Source: Arcobacteraceae bacterium
GTDB taxonomy: Bacteria; Campylobacterota; Campylobacteria; Campylobacterales; Arcobacteraceae
Direction of reading: 5' to 3'
Assembly: GCA_965224485.1 (NCBI GenBank)
Contig: CBDCZH010000013.1
Span: 99,290 to 163,289 of the forward strand
DNA length: 64,000 bases
Shown: positions 10,426 through 20,393 of the stretch, one piece after another
Layout of the letters: each line of letters begins with the position of its first letter
Position numbering within the stretch: position 1 is the stretch's first letter
Made by a program: the position numbers and the translations under genes
The notes under the pieces: model-generated
The model's input: only the letters and a program-made list of their open reading frames with translations
What the model was told of the DNA's origin: nothing
The model's database searches: none

Positions 10426-10730
10426 AAATAATTATGATTCAAACAACGTGTAAAAATAAGAAAGAAGCAAAAAAAATAGCAAAAGTATTATTAGAAAATA
10501 AACTTGCTGCTTGTATTCAAATATCTAAAATTAACTCTTTTTATACTTGGAAAAATAAAATATGTAATGAAGCTGAGAACTTACTAAGCATCAAAACTAA
10601 AAAAGATAACTTTAAAAAAATCAAAAGGAAAATTAAAGAAATACATAGCTATGATTTACCCGAAATAATATCTTTTGATATTAGAAATGTAAGTAGTGAG
10701 TATGCAAAATTTATAGAAAATAATTCATAA
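10422..10730 (+). CDS. cutA: Divalent-cation tolerance protein CutA
   Basis: KLAACIQ, SFYTW, IHSYDLPEII. Confidence 0.93.
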   Translation: MKIIMIQTTCKNKKEAKKIAKVLLENKLAACIQISKINSFYTWKNKICNEAENLLSIKTKKDNFKKIKRKIKEIHSYDLPEIISFDIRNVSSEYAKFIENNS

Positions 10731-10759
10731 AAATAATAATATTAAAATGAGGGAAAAAA

Positions 10760-11539
10760 ATGAGTGATATTTTAAAAATTGGAAAGTTTGAATTTAATTC
10801 AAGATTAATAGTTGGATCTGGTAAATATACAGATTTTCAAACAACAAGAGATGCAACATTGGCAAGTGGTAGTGAACTTATAACTGTTGCAATAAGAAGA
10901 GTTAATATAACAAACCCAAATGAAGAGAATTTATTAGATTATTTTAAAGACACTAATGTAAAACTTCTTCCAAATTCAGCTGGTTGTTTTACTGCTAATG
11001 AGGCGATTACAACATTTAGACTCATGAGAGAAGCTACTGGAATTGATATTATTAAACTAGAAGTAATAGGTGATGCTAAAAAAACTCTGTATCCAGATGT
11101 TATAGAAACTATTATTGCTTGTGAAATTCTTAAAAAAGAGGGTTTTACAATAATGGCTTATACTAATGATGATCCAATTATTGCAAAAAGATTAGAAGAT
11201 GCAGGAGCTGATGCTATTATGCCTTTAGCTGCACCAATTGGTTCAGGACTTGGTATTCAAAATAGATATAATGTAGCTTTTATAAAAGATGCTGTTAGTG
11301 TTCCTGTTATAGTTGATGCTGGAGTTGGGTGTGCATCTGATGCCTCAATAGCTATGGAGCTTGGAGCTGAGGCTGTTTTAACAAATACAGCAATAGCACA
11401 GGCACAAAATCCAATTTTAATGGCGGAAGCTATGAAATACGCAGTAATAGCGGGACGAATGGGATATAAAGCAGGAAGAATTCCTAAAAAACCATATGCA
11501 ACTGCTAGTTCACCAATTGACGGATTAATTCAGTTTTAA
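10760..11539 (+). CDS. thiG: Thiazole synthase
   Basis: [43 protein letters not shown]. Confidence 0.97.
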   Translation: MSDILKIGKFEFNSRLIVGSGKYTDFQTTRDATLASGSELITVAIRRVNITNPNEENLLDYFKDTNVKLLPNSAGCFTANEAITTFRLMREATGIDIIKLEVIGDAKKTLYPDVIETIIACEILKKEGFTIMAYTNDDPIIAKRLEDAGADAIMPLAAPIGSGLGIQNRYNVAFIKDAVSVPVIVDAGVGCASDASIAMELGAEAVLTNTAIAQAQNPILMAEAMKYAVIAGRMGYKAGRIPKKPYATASSPIDGLIQF

Positions 11540-11590
11540 AAAGAGTAAATTGTAAATTTAGTAATTTATAAGATATTACTAGATTTACTC

Positions 11591-11619
11591 TTGACAAATC
11601 TTCTTAAACATAATATAAT
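11591..11619 (+). promoter_or_regulatory. Consensus sigma70 promoter of the tRNA operon
   Basis: TTGACA (11591-96), 17-bp spacer, TATAAT (11614-19); 32 bp upstream of tRNA-Pro. Confidence 0.9.
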
Positions 11620-11651
11620 TCCGTCCACTTTTTGAAAGAAATAGTGATTGT

Positions 11652-11728
11652 CGGAGTGTAGCGCAGCCTGGTAGCGCACCTGGTTTGGGACCAGGGGGTC
11701 GGAGGTTCGAGTCCTCTCACTCCGACCA
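11652..11728 (+). tRNA. tRNA-Pro(TGG)
   Basis: Cloverleaf; anticodon arm CCTGG-TTTGGGA-CCAGG; GTTCGA T-loop; encoded CCA. Confidence 0.97.
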
Positions 11729-11738
11729 TTTTAATGAT

Positions 11739-11816
11739 GGTAGGTATAGCTCAGTTGGTTAGAGCATCTGGTTGTGGTTCAGAGGGTCGCCGGTTCGATT
11801 CCGGTTACTTACCCCA
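11739..11816 (+). tRNA. tRNA-His(GTG)
   Basis: Anticodon arm TCTGG-TTGTGGT-TCAGA; G-1 and C73; CCA. Confidence 0.96.
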
Positions 11817-11828
11817 TCTTTTTTATAA

Positions 11829-11905
<77 letters not shown>

Positions 11906-11945
11906 TTAGATTTAATAAATCTAAAATCTTTTTTACAAAAGATAA

Positions 11946-12030
11946 GCGGATGTGGTGAAATTGGTATACACGCTAGACTTAGGATCTAGTGCTTTACGGC
12001 GTGAAGGTTCAAGTCCTTTCATCCGCACCA
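11946..12030 (+). tRNA. tRNA-Leu(TAG); island integration target
   Basis: Anticodon arm CTAGA-CTTAGGA-TCTAG; long variable arm; CCA; 3' end repeated at 21126-21143. Confidence 0.97.
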
Positions 12031-12039
12031 TTTAATTAT

Positions 12040-12089
12040 AAAAAGCTCTACATAAACGATGATTTCATCTGTTCTGTAGAGCTTTTTTT
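12040..12089 (+). terminator. Intrinsic terminator after tRNA-Leu (supplied by the island)
   Basis: AAAAGCTCTACA...TGTAGAGCTTTTTTT. Confidence 0.75.
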
Positions 12090-12284
12090 ATGGACTTAAA
12101 AACTTTACTTTTAGATTGCTACACCAGTTATTGCACTGGAGTAAATATGAGATACTTAATAAAACATTACAATTGCTATTACTACAAACGAAAAATTCCA
12201 AAAACAAAAAATAACTTAGTACTTTCATTACAAACTACTTTTGAAGAAAAAGCTAAATTTATTACTGCTATAATTAATATAAAA

Positions 12285-13396
12285 CGCCAATTCAACTCTA
12301 AAGTGCAACAAATATAGGCAAAATTATGCCACCATCTTTCTTGAAACTTCCTTCAAAAATATCTCATTCGGAGTATAATATTTTAGTATCTTTCTTGGTC
12401 TATTATTTAACCTGTTTTGTATTATAAGTATTTGAGTATTATTTACATTCTCAAAGCTTGATTTTTTAGGAATATATTCTCTCACCAATCCATTTGTATG
12501 TTCATTTAATCCTCTTTGCCAAGATGAATAAGGATCACAAAAATAAAACTTTATATTTAATTCTTTTGCTATTTCTTCATGATAAGAAAACTCTTTGCCA
12601 TTATCTGATGTAATGGTATGAACTAAATTCCTTATTGGATATAACAACTCTATAATAGCTTGCGTAACTGCACCAGCTTGTTTTGATTCAACTATCCTCA
12701 TTAGTGTAAACTTACTCTTTCTATCTACTAATGTAACAATTGCACCTTTATGGTCTTTCCCAATAATAGTATCTACTTCAAAGTCTCCAAATCTAGTTTT
12801 AGTCTCAATTATTTTAGCTCGTTGACTTATATTAACTCTATTCTTTATTTGACCTCTTGTTTTATATTGACTACTTCTATTTCCATACTTTTTGTTCTTA
12901 TGTCTTAAATATTTATATAATCTTCCACCACTTATTTGATTTGCATAAATATACCTATATACTGTTTCATAAGATATATTAGCTATTTTATGTAGTTTTA
13001 GTCTTCCTGTTAATTGCTCAGGAGATAATCCTTCTTTTAATAACTTGCCAATCTTTAGTTTTAACTTCTTTGTTATCTTGTGATACCTATCTTTAAACTT
13101 GTCTCTAGAGACAGCACTTATATGAGCATCCTCAGGACTGTAGTAATCATTGTTACTATTTCTTTTAAGCTCTCTTGATATGGTTGATTTATTAACACCT
13201 AGTAACTCTGCAATTTTAGATTGTGTATAATTTTCGTTTTTATAAGCAAATATTTGATACCTTAAACCTAAGGTTAATTGTTTATACTTTTCCATTTAAT
13301 GCTCCATTTATCCTGCAAGATATTGAGCTTAAATTGTATATCAATCAGCCTTACATCTTACATTACTCTATGTTGCACTTTAAGTGTGAAAAGAGG
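12285..13396 (-). mobile_element. IS30-family insertion sequence (~1112 bp)
   Basis: Imperfect 26-bp terminal IRs 12285-12310 (...TTCAACTCTAAAGTGCAACA) and 13371-13396 (TGTTGCACTTTAAGTGTGAA...); flanking AAA duplication. Confidence 0.9.
12324..13295 (-). CDS. IS30 family DDE transposase
   Basis: N-terminal HTH (IAELLGVNKSTISRELKRN), GDFEVDTI, TSDNGKEF, WQRGLNEHTNGLVR. Confidence 0.96.
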   Translation of the reverse strand: MEKYKQLTLGLRYQIFAYKNENYTQSKIAELLGVNKSTISRELKRNSNNDYYSPEDAHISAVSRDKFKDRYHKITKKLKLKIGKLLKEGLSPEQLTGRLKLHKIANISYETVYRYIYANQISGGRLYKYLRHKNKKYGNRSSQYKTRGQIKNRVNISQRAKIIETKTRFGDFEVDTIIGKDHKGAIVTLVDRKSKFTLMRIVESKQAGAVTQAIIELLYPIRNLVHTITSDNGKEFSYHEEIAKELNIKFYFCDPYSSWQRGLNEHTNGLVREYIPKKSSFENVNNTQILIIQNRLNNRPRKILKYYTPNEIFLKEVSRKMVA

Positions 13397-15039
13397 AAAT
13401 TTGAACAATTTGTTAGGTTGGATTACATGACAGTAGAAGAAAACTTTGGACTATTTAAGGATACGATTAATAAATATGTTCGTGAAGCAATAGAAGATTA
13501 TGGCTACTACGGCGAATTAAGAGAAAGAAAATATTCTTATAAAAATAAAAAAGGCAAAGTGTTTAATGGTTCGCACCCCAAATCTTTAAAGCGAGCGATT
13601 AGTGATATTCAAGACATGTTATATTCTCCTAATCGTGATAAATTATATGACTCAATTATTAAAGATTCAAAAATGGAAGAAGCTTTTGATAGTACACATG
13701 ATACATTAGATGCAGAATATAGACGTATATTTAAAGATGAACTTATTAAAGCTGAACTAGAAATATTACATCAAGCGTACTACCGAAATAGAAGTAGGAC
13801 AGACATTGAAGAACTAGAAAATAATTATATTGTGAGTACTGTTCCCATAGAAGTGCCCAAGAAAAAAAAACCAGAGCTTCCAAATAATTCTTTAGAAGAT
13901 AGATATGTTACAAAGACAATTTTAGAATTAATAGAAATATTTATTGCAAGAAAAGAGCAAGAAGAAATAAAAGAAATCAATAGATACAGGAGGAGTTTAA
14001 AAATTTTCTCAGATTTGATAGTAAAAGATTTCTTAGTAGAAATCACTCATGAGGATTACGAAGACTTTGCAGACAAAATTGATTTTATCCCAAATGCAAA
14101 TAAACATAGAGAATGCTTGAGTGAAAATTGTAATTTTAAAGAAATAATTGACGATGTGATAAGTGATAAAGTTGGTAAATATACTCTTATCTCTGAGAAA
14201 ACAAATAAAGATAATATGACATATATAAATCATTTTTTGGATTTTTGTGTAGAACGAGATTATATATCTAAAAATCTGTTAAGAGGAAAAAAGTTTTTTT
14301 CGAATTCTATTGATAAAAAGAGAAGAAAAGAATATAGAATCGAGCAGCTAAATAATTTGTTTCAAACAGATTGGTATACAAAAAAACTAGAATATAATTT
14401 AAAAAATGAACCTGAAAAAGTTTGGGTACCTTTAATTTTACTTTTTCAAGGATTTCGGAATAATGAATTATGTCAATTATACGTTAGCCAAATTATAGAA
14501 GAAGATAATATAGCTTTTTTTAAATTAAAAATAGAATTTCCTGAGCAAAAACTTAAAAATAAATCTAGTAAGCGTAAGATACCAGTACATCCAGTATTAA
14601 TTGAAATGGGTTTTTTATTATTTGTTAAAAATCAGAAGCTTTTAAAGAAAGAAAGGTTATTTGATAATTTGTATTATACTAAAAATAAGGGATATGGGCA
14701 GGCATTTTCTAAGAAATTTAACACAAGAAAATTTAAAGAGACATTCTTGGAAAAGGAAACTTTTAGATTAATTGATAGTGAAGTAATTATGTTGGACCTA
14801 CATTCTTTTCGACATAACTTTTCAGGGTCGTTAAAAGGAGAAATTGAAGATTCTGTATTAACTTACTTTATGGGACACTCCAATGATAATGAAACCTTCT
14901 ATAGGTATGGAACCTATAGGCCAAATGTTTTATTGAAAAATTTAACAAAATGTATATATCCTAATTTACAATTAGAAGAACTAAGAAAAAAAATTAATAA
15001 ATATTATAATTACTTTTTATAAAAATTTATTGTAATTAC

Positions 15040-16293
15040 TTATTCGTCTTTTTTAAATAATACATCCCATAGTTCTTCTAATCTTTTGGCTAAATTATAG
15101 GCAAGAAGAGGTGGCACAGCATTTCCAATGACTTTATATGCACCTGAACCTGATAGGCTATAGTTTGTTTCTTTTCTAACAAATTCATAATTATCTGGGA
15201 ATGTTTGTAATCTTGCACATTCTCTAACTGTAAGTCTTCTTTCTTTTTTTGTTTTTAATTCATTTAGGTATTTACCACCATTTTCTTGGCTTAGTCTTCT
15301 AAATTCAATATTTCCATGGTGTTCTGCTCTAATTACTGGTGCTAAAAAATCTAATTTAACTTCTATGTTCCCTTGATATCCTTTACAGAACTTTGCCTTT
15401 GAATAAGTTTGTTGCGCTAAATCTTTATCTTCTTCAGGCTCTTTTAATTTAGAAAAGGCACTTTTACATGTTGAGTATGATTGTTCATTTTCTTTCATAA
15501 ATAAACTAGTATTATTTTGATTATAGTGTGTCGCTTTTGGATATGGGTTTATATGTTCAGGTATAATTTTCTCTTCTAACATTTTTTTAATATCTTCTTT
15601 TAAGAATTTTTTATTAAAACCTATAAATATTACCCTTTCTCTATTCTGAGGAACTCCAAAATCTGCAGCATTTAAAACTTGAGATGGGATAACGATATAC
15701 CCTTCATTATCAATTGACTTAAAGTCGTTTTCGATAATTTTTTTGACATCCCCCAAAGAAACTAATCCTTTAACATTTTCAGCATAAAAGACTTTTGGTT
15801 TCGTTATTTCAATGACTTCTTTCATCCACATGTAAAGTTGCCCTCTATTCTCTAAGCTTGCAATTGCCTCTTCATTAGCTCCACCACCATCATGTTTTTT
15901 TGTAGACTTTAATCCTTCTCTTTTCCCCGCAACACTAAAGTCTTGGCATGGAAATCCACCTGTAATAATATCAATATTATCAGGAAACTTAAATTTTCCT
16001 TCTTTATATTTTTTAACAAGGTCTACAATGCTTTCTGTATGAAAAATATCTGCAGAATGACCTCTTTTCTTAAAAAATGGAATCCAAGCAGAAGCAGCAG
16101 GTTTTAAAATATCATTAGCAAAAACAAGTTCAAAAGGTGTTTCTTTTAACAACACTTTATCCTTAGTACTTTTTTTAACCCACGTCGCACTTCTCTCTAG
16201 ATTTATGTAACTTTTCATAGTTTCAAAGTTACCTTCAAACCCTAAATCCATTCCTCCCGCTCCTGAAAATAATGACAGTATTCTTTTTTTCAT
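15040..16293 (-). CDS. DNA (cytosine-5)-methyltransferase of a type II R-M system
   Basis: Motifs LSLFSGAGG, GGFPCQDFS, ENVKG, PQNRERV, RRLTVRECARLQTFP, IGNAVPP. Confidence 0.96.
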   Translation of the reverse strand: MKKRILSLFSGAGGMDLGFEGNFETMKSYINLERSATWVKKSTKDKVLLKETPFELVFANDILKPAASAWIPFFKKRGHSADIFHTESIVDLVKKYKEGKFKFPDNIDIITGGFPCQDFSVAGKREGLKSTKKHDGGGANEEAIASLENRGQLYMWMKEVIEITKPKVFYAENVKGLVSLGDVKKIIENDFKSIDNEGYIVIPSQVLNAADFGVPQNRERVIFIGFNKKFLKEDIKKMLEEKIIPEHINPYPKATHYNQNNTSLFMKENEQSYSTCKSAFSKLKEPEEDKDLAQQTYSKAKFCKGYQGNIEVKLDFLAPVIRAEHHGNIEFRRLSQENGGKYLNELKTKKERRLTVRECARLQTFPDNYEFVRKETNYSLSGSGAYKVIGNAVPPLLAYNLAKRLEELWDVLFKKDE

Positions 16294-16344
16294 ACTTATT
16301 TCTCCATAATATAATTGATTGATTATAGCAAAAAAAAATTAATG

Positions 16345-16375
16345 CTAACTTTAGTATGTAGAATTATAGTATGCA
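16345..16375 (+). promoter_or_regulatory. Putative C-box operator pair
   Basis: TAGTATG repeated at 16352-58 and 16367-73 (15-bp period), just upstream of the C-protein ATG in the divergent M/C intergenic region. Confidence 0.5.
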
Positions 16376-16392
16376 TAATGATAATATATTAA

Positions 16393-16623
16393 ATGATAAA
16401 TACTAACAAAGATATATTGACAAAGTTTGGAACGAAATTACAATCTTTACGAAAAGGCAAAAACTTATCACAAGAAGAACTAGCCCATTTATGCGGATTA
16501 CATCGTACTTATATAGGCATGATAGAGCGTGCCGAAAAGAATATAACACTTAAAAATATTGAAAAAATTGCTAATGCTTTAGAAGTAGATATATCTCAAT
16601 TATTGAAAGATTTAAATGGCTGA
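16393..16623 (+). CDS. XRE-family HTH controller (C) protein
   Basis: LSQEELAHLCGLHRTYIGMIERAEKNITLKNIEKIANAL; overlaps the start of the putative REase; divergent from the MTase. Confidence 0.9.
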   Translation: MINTNKDILTKFGTKLQSLRKGKNLSQEELAHLCGLHRTYIGMIERAEKNITLKNIEKIANALEVDISQLLKDLNG

Positions 16624-17738
16624 CATACTAACGCACTTAAGAGAATTAAGTTTTGGGTATTCAATTCTAAATAAGGGGAATCTTAGTTTTAGTGAGACCC
16701 CGGAAAGTTTTATAAAATTTTGTAAAGCTGGTATTGAAAATACAAATGAATTAACACGTAGAAATATTTCGGAGGCTTCTAAAAATTTTTCACCTAATGA
16801 ATTGTCTGCAATTAACAATGGATTAAAACTTGGAAAATACATTTTGGAAAAAAATATAATTACTAGTAACTCACCAAATGTAAAATGGCTTGGTAATTTT
16901 ACAAAAAGTGGGACTGCTGCAGATATTGAAATTGATAATATACCCTTTTCCCTAAAAGAAGATAGTTTTATCCTGAATAATATGGGATTGTATCAGTTAA
17001 TTAACATAATCACTGATAAAGTACATTACAAGCAAGGATTACATATCTTTGAAGAGTTTTCACCTGTAGAATTAAATAATTGGTTTAAAGTCACAAGAGA
17101 TAGAACAATTGAAATGTTAAAAAAAGAATCTTTCTCAACGCTAGATAGAAGTAATAAAAATATAAAACTTGCATATACAGAAGAACTACTATATCTCTTT
17201 TTCAATGGAATAGAACTAAAAATTCATGATTTTGCAAACTGTGAGTATGAAAGATTTAAAAAAGAAACGACTGGAAAGCTAAGAGAAAAAGTATTTTCAA
17301 AATTTATTAATAATGTTTTAAGTCATGATAATGAATATTTAATGGCTAAAAAAGTATGTGCTGAAAAAAGCAGGCGAAAGATTAAAAGATTTTTTGAATA
17401 AAAATATAATAAAGAATCCTTCTCCTCAATCTTTATACAATTTATTTCGAATTAACAAAGAAAGTTACTATTATGCCAAAACTACAAATAGTACTATTGA
17501 AGTTTACAAAATTCCCTCACAAGCTAACTTTTTATCTAAAATAAAAATTTCAAATATTAGTTCAAAAGTACCTGCCTCACAATTGAATCTTTATACAACT
17601 ATAGAGAACACTGAGACAAGTAAAAAACTTATTGTTAGAAATGAGTTAAGGTATTCGCATGGACAGTTAAACGGCACACCTGAAGCTAAAATGTATCTTA
17701 GTGAAGGCACTTTATTAATAGCCTATGAGGAAGTTTAA
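16616..17738 (+). pseudogene. Putative type II restriction endonuclease, split by one extra A in an A6 run (17364-69)
   Basis: ORFs 16616..17401 and 17358..17738 join as ...AEKAGERL... (~373 aa) if one A is removed. ADIEID...FSLK resembles a PD-(D/E)xK variant. Sits after the C gene. The indel may be a sequencing error. Confidence 0.7.
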
Positions 17739-18865
17739 AGAAAATCATTAATATATTTTTTTACAGTTCTTCTATTTAGCTTGGTTATTCTAGAAATGGA
17801 GGAAACTGTTATTTTTTGATTTAGATTTGTTGAATAATGAATTGATTCTTGTACTATTTTTTTATTGATATCTTTTTGCATATTAATGTAAATATTTTTT
17901 GCACTCATTATGGACTCTCTTTTATTTTTTTTAATAGAATTTGTTCTGTGTGCTGCTAAACTTTGTCTTCGTTTAGTTTCTTCCATATACTGAAAGTAAG
18001 ATAGATTTTTCATTTTTTTAAAACCCATGATTCCGATATTGAGATTTTCATTGTTTTGAATGCTTCCAAATTTAATGCTATTTCTTCTCCAATATGAATA
18101 AGTAGATTTTGAGATTTGGTGTAATTCAGAATTTTCTAATGAATCTAAAAAATTGCAATTAATATTTGAAATATAATTGCAAATATCATCAATCGTTAAA
18201 TTATATTTTCCTTTGGAAAATCTCATTGCAGCTTCAAAAAGCTTTATATTTCGATTACCTTTTTGTATTTCATTATAGTTAATTTTATTATGTGAGAATA
18301 TACCTTTTTCACACTTTTTTTGATTTACTTGAAGTAAGTCTTCAAAATCGCTAAGTTCATAATTAATGCATTCACTGTAATAGTATTTGTGTAAAAATGG
18401 ATTCCGCCATACACCATTGAGACGGTTAGAAGCAATATCATCGCACTTTAAAATTTCACTGATAGTACGTTTTATATCAATTAAATATTTTAAGGATTTT
18501 TCTTGAGATGTATAGACGTGATTTTTAAGATGATATGCAAAATGAAATCCATTATCTGTCATAAGAATATATGTAGGTTCATATCCAATCCTTGTGCTTA
18601 AGTATTCAAAAAAATTATCTATTGTCTTAAAATAGTCTATTGCAGACTTTTTACCTATCTTATCTATGTCGAATACCATAAAGGAAACTCTTTCCTTTGT
18701 ATTAAAATTAATGAACTTACAGCTTTTTAACGCCTGTATAGTTGGAAATATATTTATATTCGATAAATGTTTTTCATTTCCACCTTTAATTTGTGAAGGC
18801 ATATTTTTTATAAATAGCTCTTTGAACTGCTCCGTGGTTGTTGTATATTTTCTCATTTTTGTCAT
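17735..18865 (-). CDS. Plasmid-type replication initiator (replicase/primase-like with PriCT-like domain and C-terminal HTH)
   Basis: FMVFDID, GFHFAYHL, WRNPF, GNRNIKLF, terminal ISRITKLNRRTVKKY. Confidence 0.72.
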   Translation of the reverse strand: MTKMRKYTTTTEQFKELFIKNMPSQIKGGNEKHLSNINIFPTIQALKSCKFINFNTKERVSFMVFDIDKIGKKSAIDYFKTIDNFFEYLSTRIGYEPTYILMTDNGFHFAYHLKNHVYTSQEKSLKYLIDIKRTISEILKCDDIASNRLNGVWRNPFLHKYYYSECINYELSDFEDLLQVNQKKCEKGIFSHNKINYNEIQKGNRNIKLFEAAMRFSKGKYNLTIDDICNYISNINCNFLDSLENSELHQISKSTYSYWRRNSIKFGSIQNNENLNIGIMGFKKMKNLSYFQYMEETKRRQSLAAHRTNSIKKNKRESIMSAKNIYINMQKDINKKIVQESIHYSTNLNQKITVSSISRITKLNRRTVKKYINDFL

Positions 18866-19157
18866 TTAGGTTATCTCTTTGTCCATAGAAAACCTAAAAG
18901 ATTTGGACTACTCCTGTAATTTATTTTTATTTTCCTTCTTGAAACATATCGTTATATATAGAAAAAAATAAATAAATGATATTTTTAAAAGAATTCTGAA
19001 ATTTGTGTACTCTAGACGCTTTTACTGTATTACTTATGCCTATGAGCTAGATAATGATAAAAAGAAAAGAAAGAAAAGAGAAGAATATTACAGTGATAAG
19101 ATAATTTTCCCATTTTAAGAATAACTTGAATCTAATTTAATAATATTAGATATTAGA

Positions 19158-20021
19158 CTAGATAGTTTTTTTAAGATAATAATCTGTGATAGATGAACGT
19201 TTATGATTTAATTCTCTGCTAATTTTAAATTTTGCTTCTTTTTCGGAAATACCATCTTTTAAAAAATGTTCATATTTATCACGTGCAGCCGTAAAGCGAA
19301 AATCATGTGAAGTAATATTGTATTTTTTTAAATCAAGAAAATAAGTGGATTGGCTAATCAAAGTATTTTTATTATTTAAGATTTTTTTTTCTAATTTAAA
19401 GGAAATTTCCTTTGAATCATAAATATGATTTCCTTTCCCTTTGAGTTTTACTATAAATCCATTGTTTAAATATTTTCTTGGATTCTTTATTAATTCAAAA
19501 GCTTCTGATACTCTTATTGACAATGAATATTGGCATTCTGCTAAAAGTGCACTAATTTCTCTATCTTCTTGTAGTTGTTTAAGAATAGATATTCTATCTT
19601 GGATATATCTATTTTTAATTATAGACTTTTTCATATTTTTTAATAAATATACTTTCTCATTAAAAAATTCTTTATTCTCTTCATGGAGTGGAATTTTTAT
19701 GTTTTTGTCTTCTAGTCCCATGAGCATAGATGAAAAACCTCTCAAATAATCTTCTTGTGTTTTTTCAGATAAATTGGCAAGCCTGTGATTGAAAAATGCA
19801 GTAAGATAATTTTTGGAAAAAAGAGTATTGAGTTTATTATTTAAGCCTTTAGATTGAAAATATCTACTAACATCTCGAAGATACATTTCTCTTTTTTTTG
19901 CTAAGTGATTAGAGTGAGTTAAATTGTCATGCTTTGAATGGCGTGGTACTGAAAATGCCTCTAATCTGTGAAAAGCATCCTTAGATTGTTTCTTAAAGTT
20001 ACCACCTCTTAAATTTGCCAT
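19158..20021 (-). CDS. Second tyrosine-recombinase-like protein
   Basis: SIRVSEA (R), KGKG (K), SHDFR (HxxR), LNHKRSSITDYY (H/Y). Confidence 0.75.
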   Translation of the reverse strand: MANLRGGNFKKQSKDAFHRLEAFSVPRHSKHDNLTHSNHLAKKREMYLRDVSRYFQSKGLNNKLNTLFSKNYLTAFFNHRLANLSEKTQEDYLRGFSSMLMGLEDKNIKIPLHEENKEFFNEKVYLLKNMKKSIIKNRYIQDRISILKQLQEDREISALLAECQYSLSIRVSEAFELIKNPRKYLNNGFIVKLKGKGNHIYDSKEISFKLEKKILNNKNTLISQSTYFLDLKKYNITSHDFRFTAARDKYEHFLKDGISEKEAKFKISRELNHKRSSITDYYLKKTI

Positions 20022-20030
20022 TGTTAACCT

Positions 20031-20393
20031 TTATTGAATATTTTGTTTATAAAATTTTTCAAGAGTTCCACGACTTACTGTAATTCGATGATTGACGTAC
20101 AAATTTTTAGCTATTGACTGACTTCCCATTCCTTTTTTTCTAAGTTCAAGAATTTCATGTGCATATTTTCTTATATATTGATTTTTTATTCCGTCAAAGT
20201 TTATTAATGATTTATTTTGGAATGATTCTTTTTGGATTTCGACTAAAATAAAAAAACCACTCATAATCCGATTTTTGGATAATGGAATTTTTTCTAAATA
20301 GCATAAATATCTTTTTGAGAAGTCCTCAAAGTTTTTATAATCTTTGAAACCTAATATTCTTGAATAATATTCTTTCTTTTTTTGTGTAAACAT
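20031..20393 (-). CDS. Hypothetical protein with C-terminal HTH-like segment
   Basis: ATG at 20393 preceded by AAGGAGGA (20401-08); ILELRKKGMGSQSIAKNL...VSRGTLEKF; 9 bp upstream of the recombinase gene. Confidence 0.7.
   Translation of the reverse strand: MFTQKKKEYYSRILGFKDYKNFEDFSKRYLCYLEKIPLSKNRIMSGFFILVEIQKESFQNKSLINFDGIKNQYIRKYAHEILELRKKGMGSQSIAKNLYVNHRITVSRGTLEKFYKQNIQ

Larger units (their letters stand above)
12147..15022 (+). pseudogene. Tyrosine integrase of the island, interrupted by IS30
   Basis: N-part 12147-12284 (GGAG SD; MRYLIKHYNCYYYKRKIP) joins in frame to 13400-15022 once the IS and one AAA are removed (~586 aa). Catalytic motifs GFRNNEL, KNKSSKR, LHSFRH, MGHS, YRY. Confidence 0.88.

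Noticed and set aside
10731..10759. TPP riboswitch upstream of thiG
   Set aside because: The intergenic gap is only 29 bp and has no THI-box motif.
12090..12317. 75-aa ORF as an independent gene
   Set aside because: It is the integrase 5' fragment (start 12147) reading into the IS30 end.
13223..13399. N-terminus of the 599-aa ORF 13223..15022
   Set aside because: It lies inside the IS30 element and overlaps the transposase antisense. The true integrase N-terminus is at 12147-12284.
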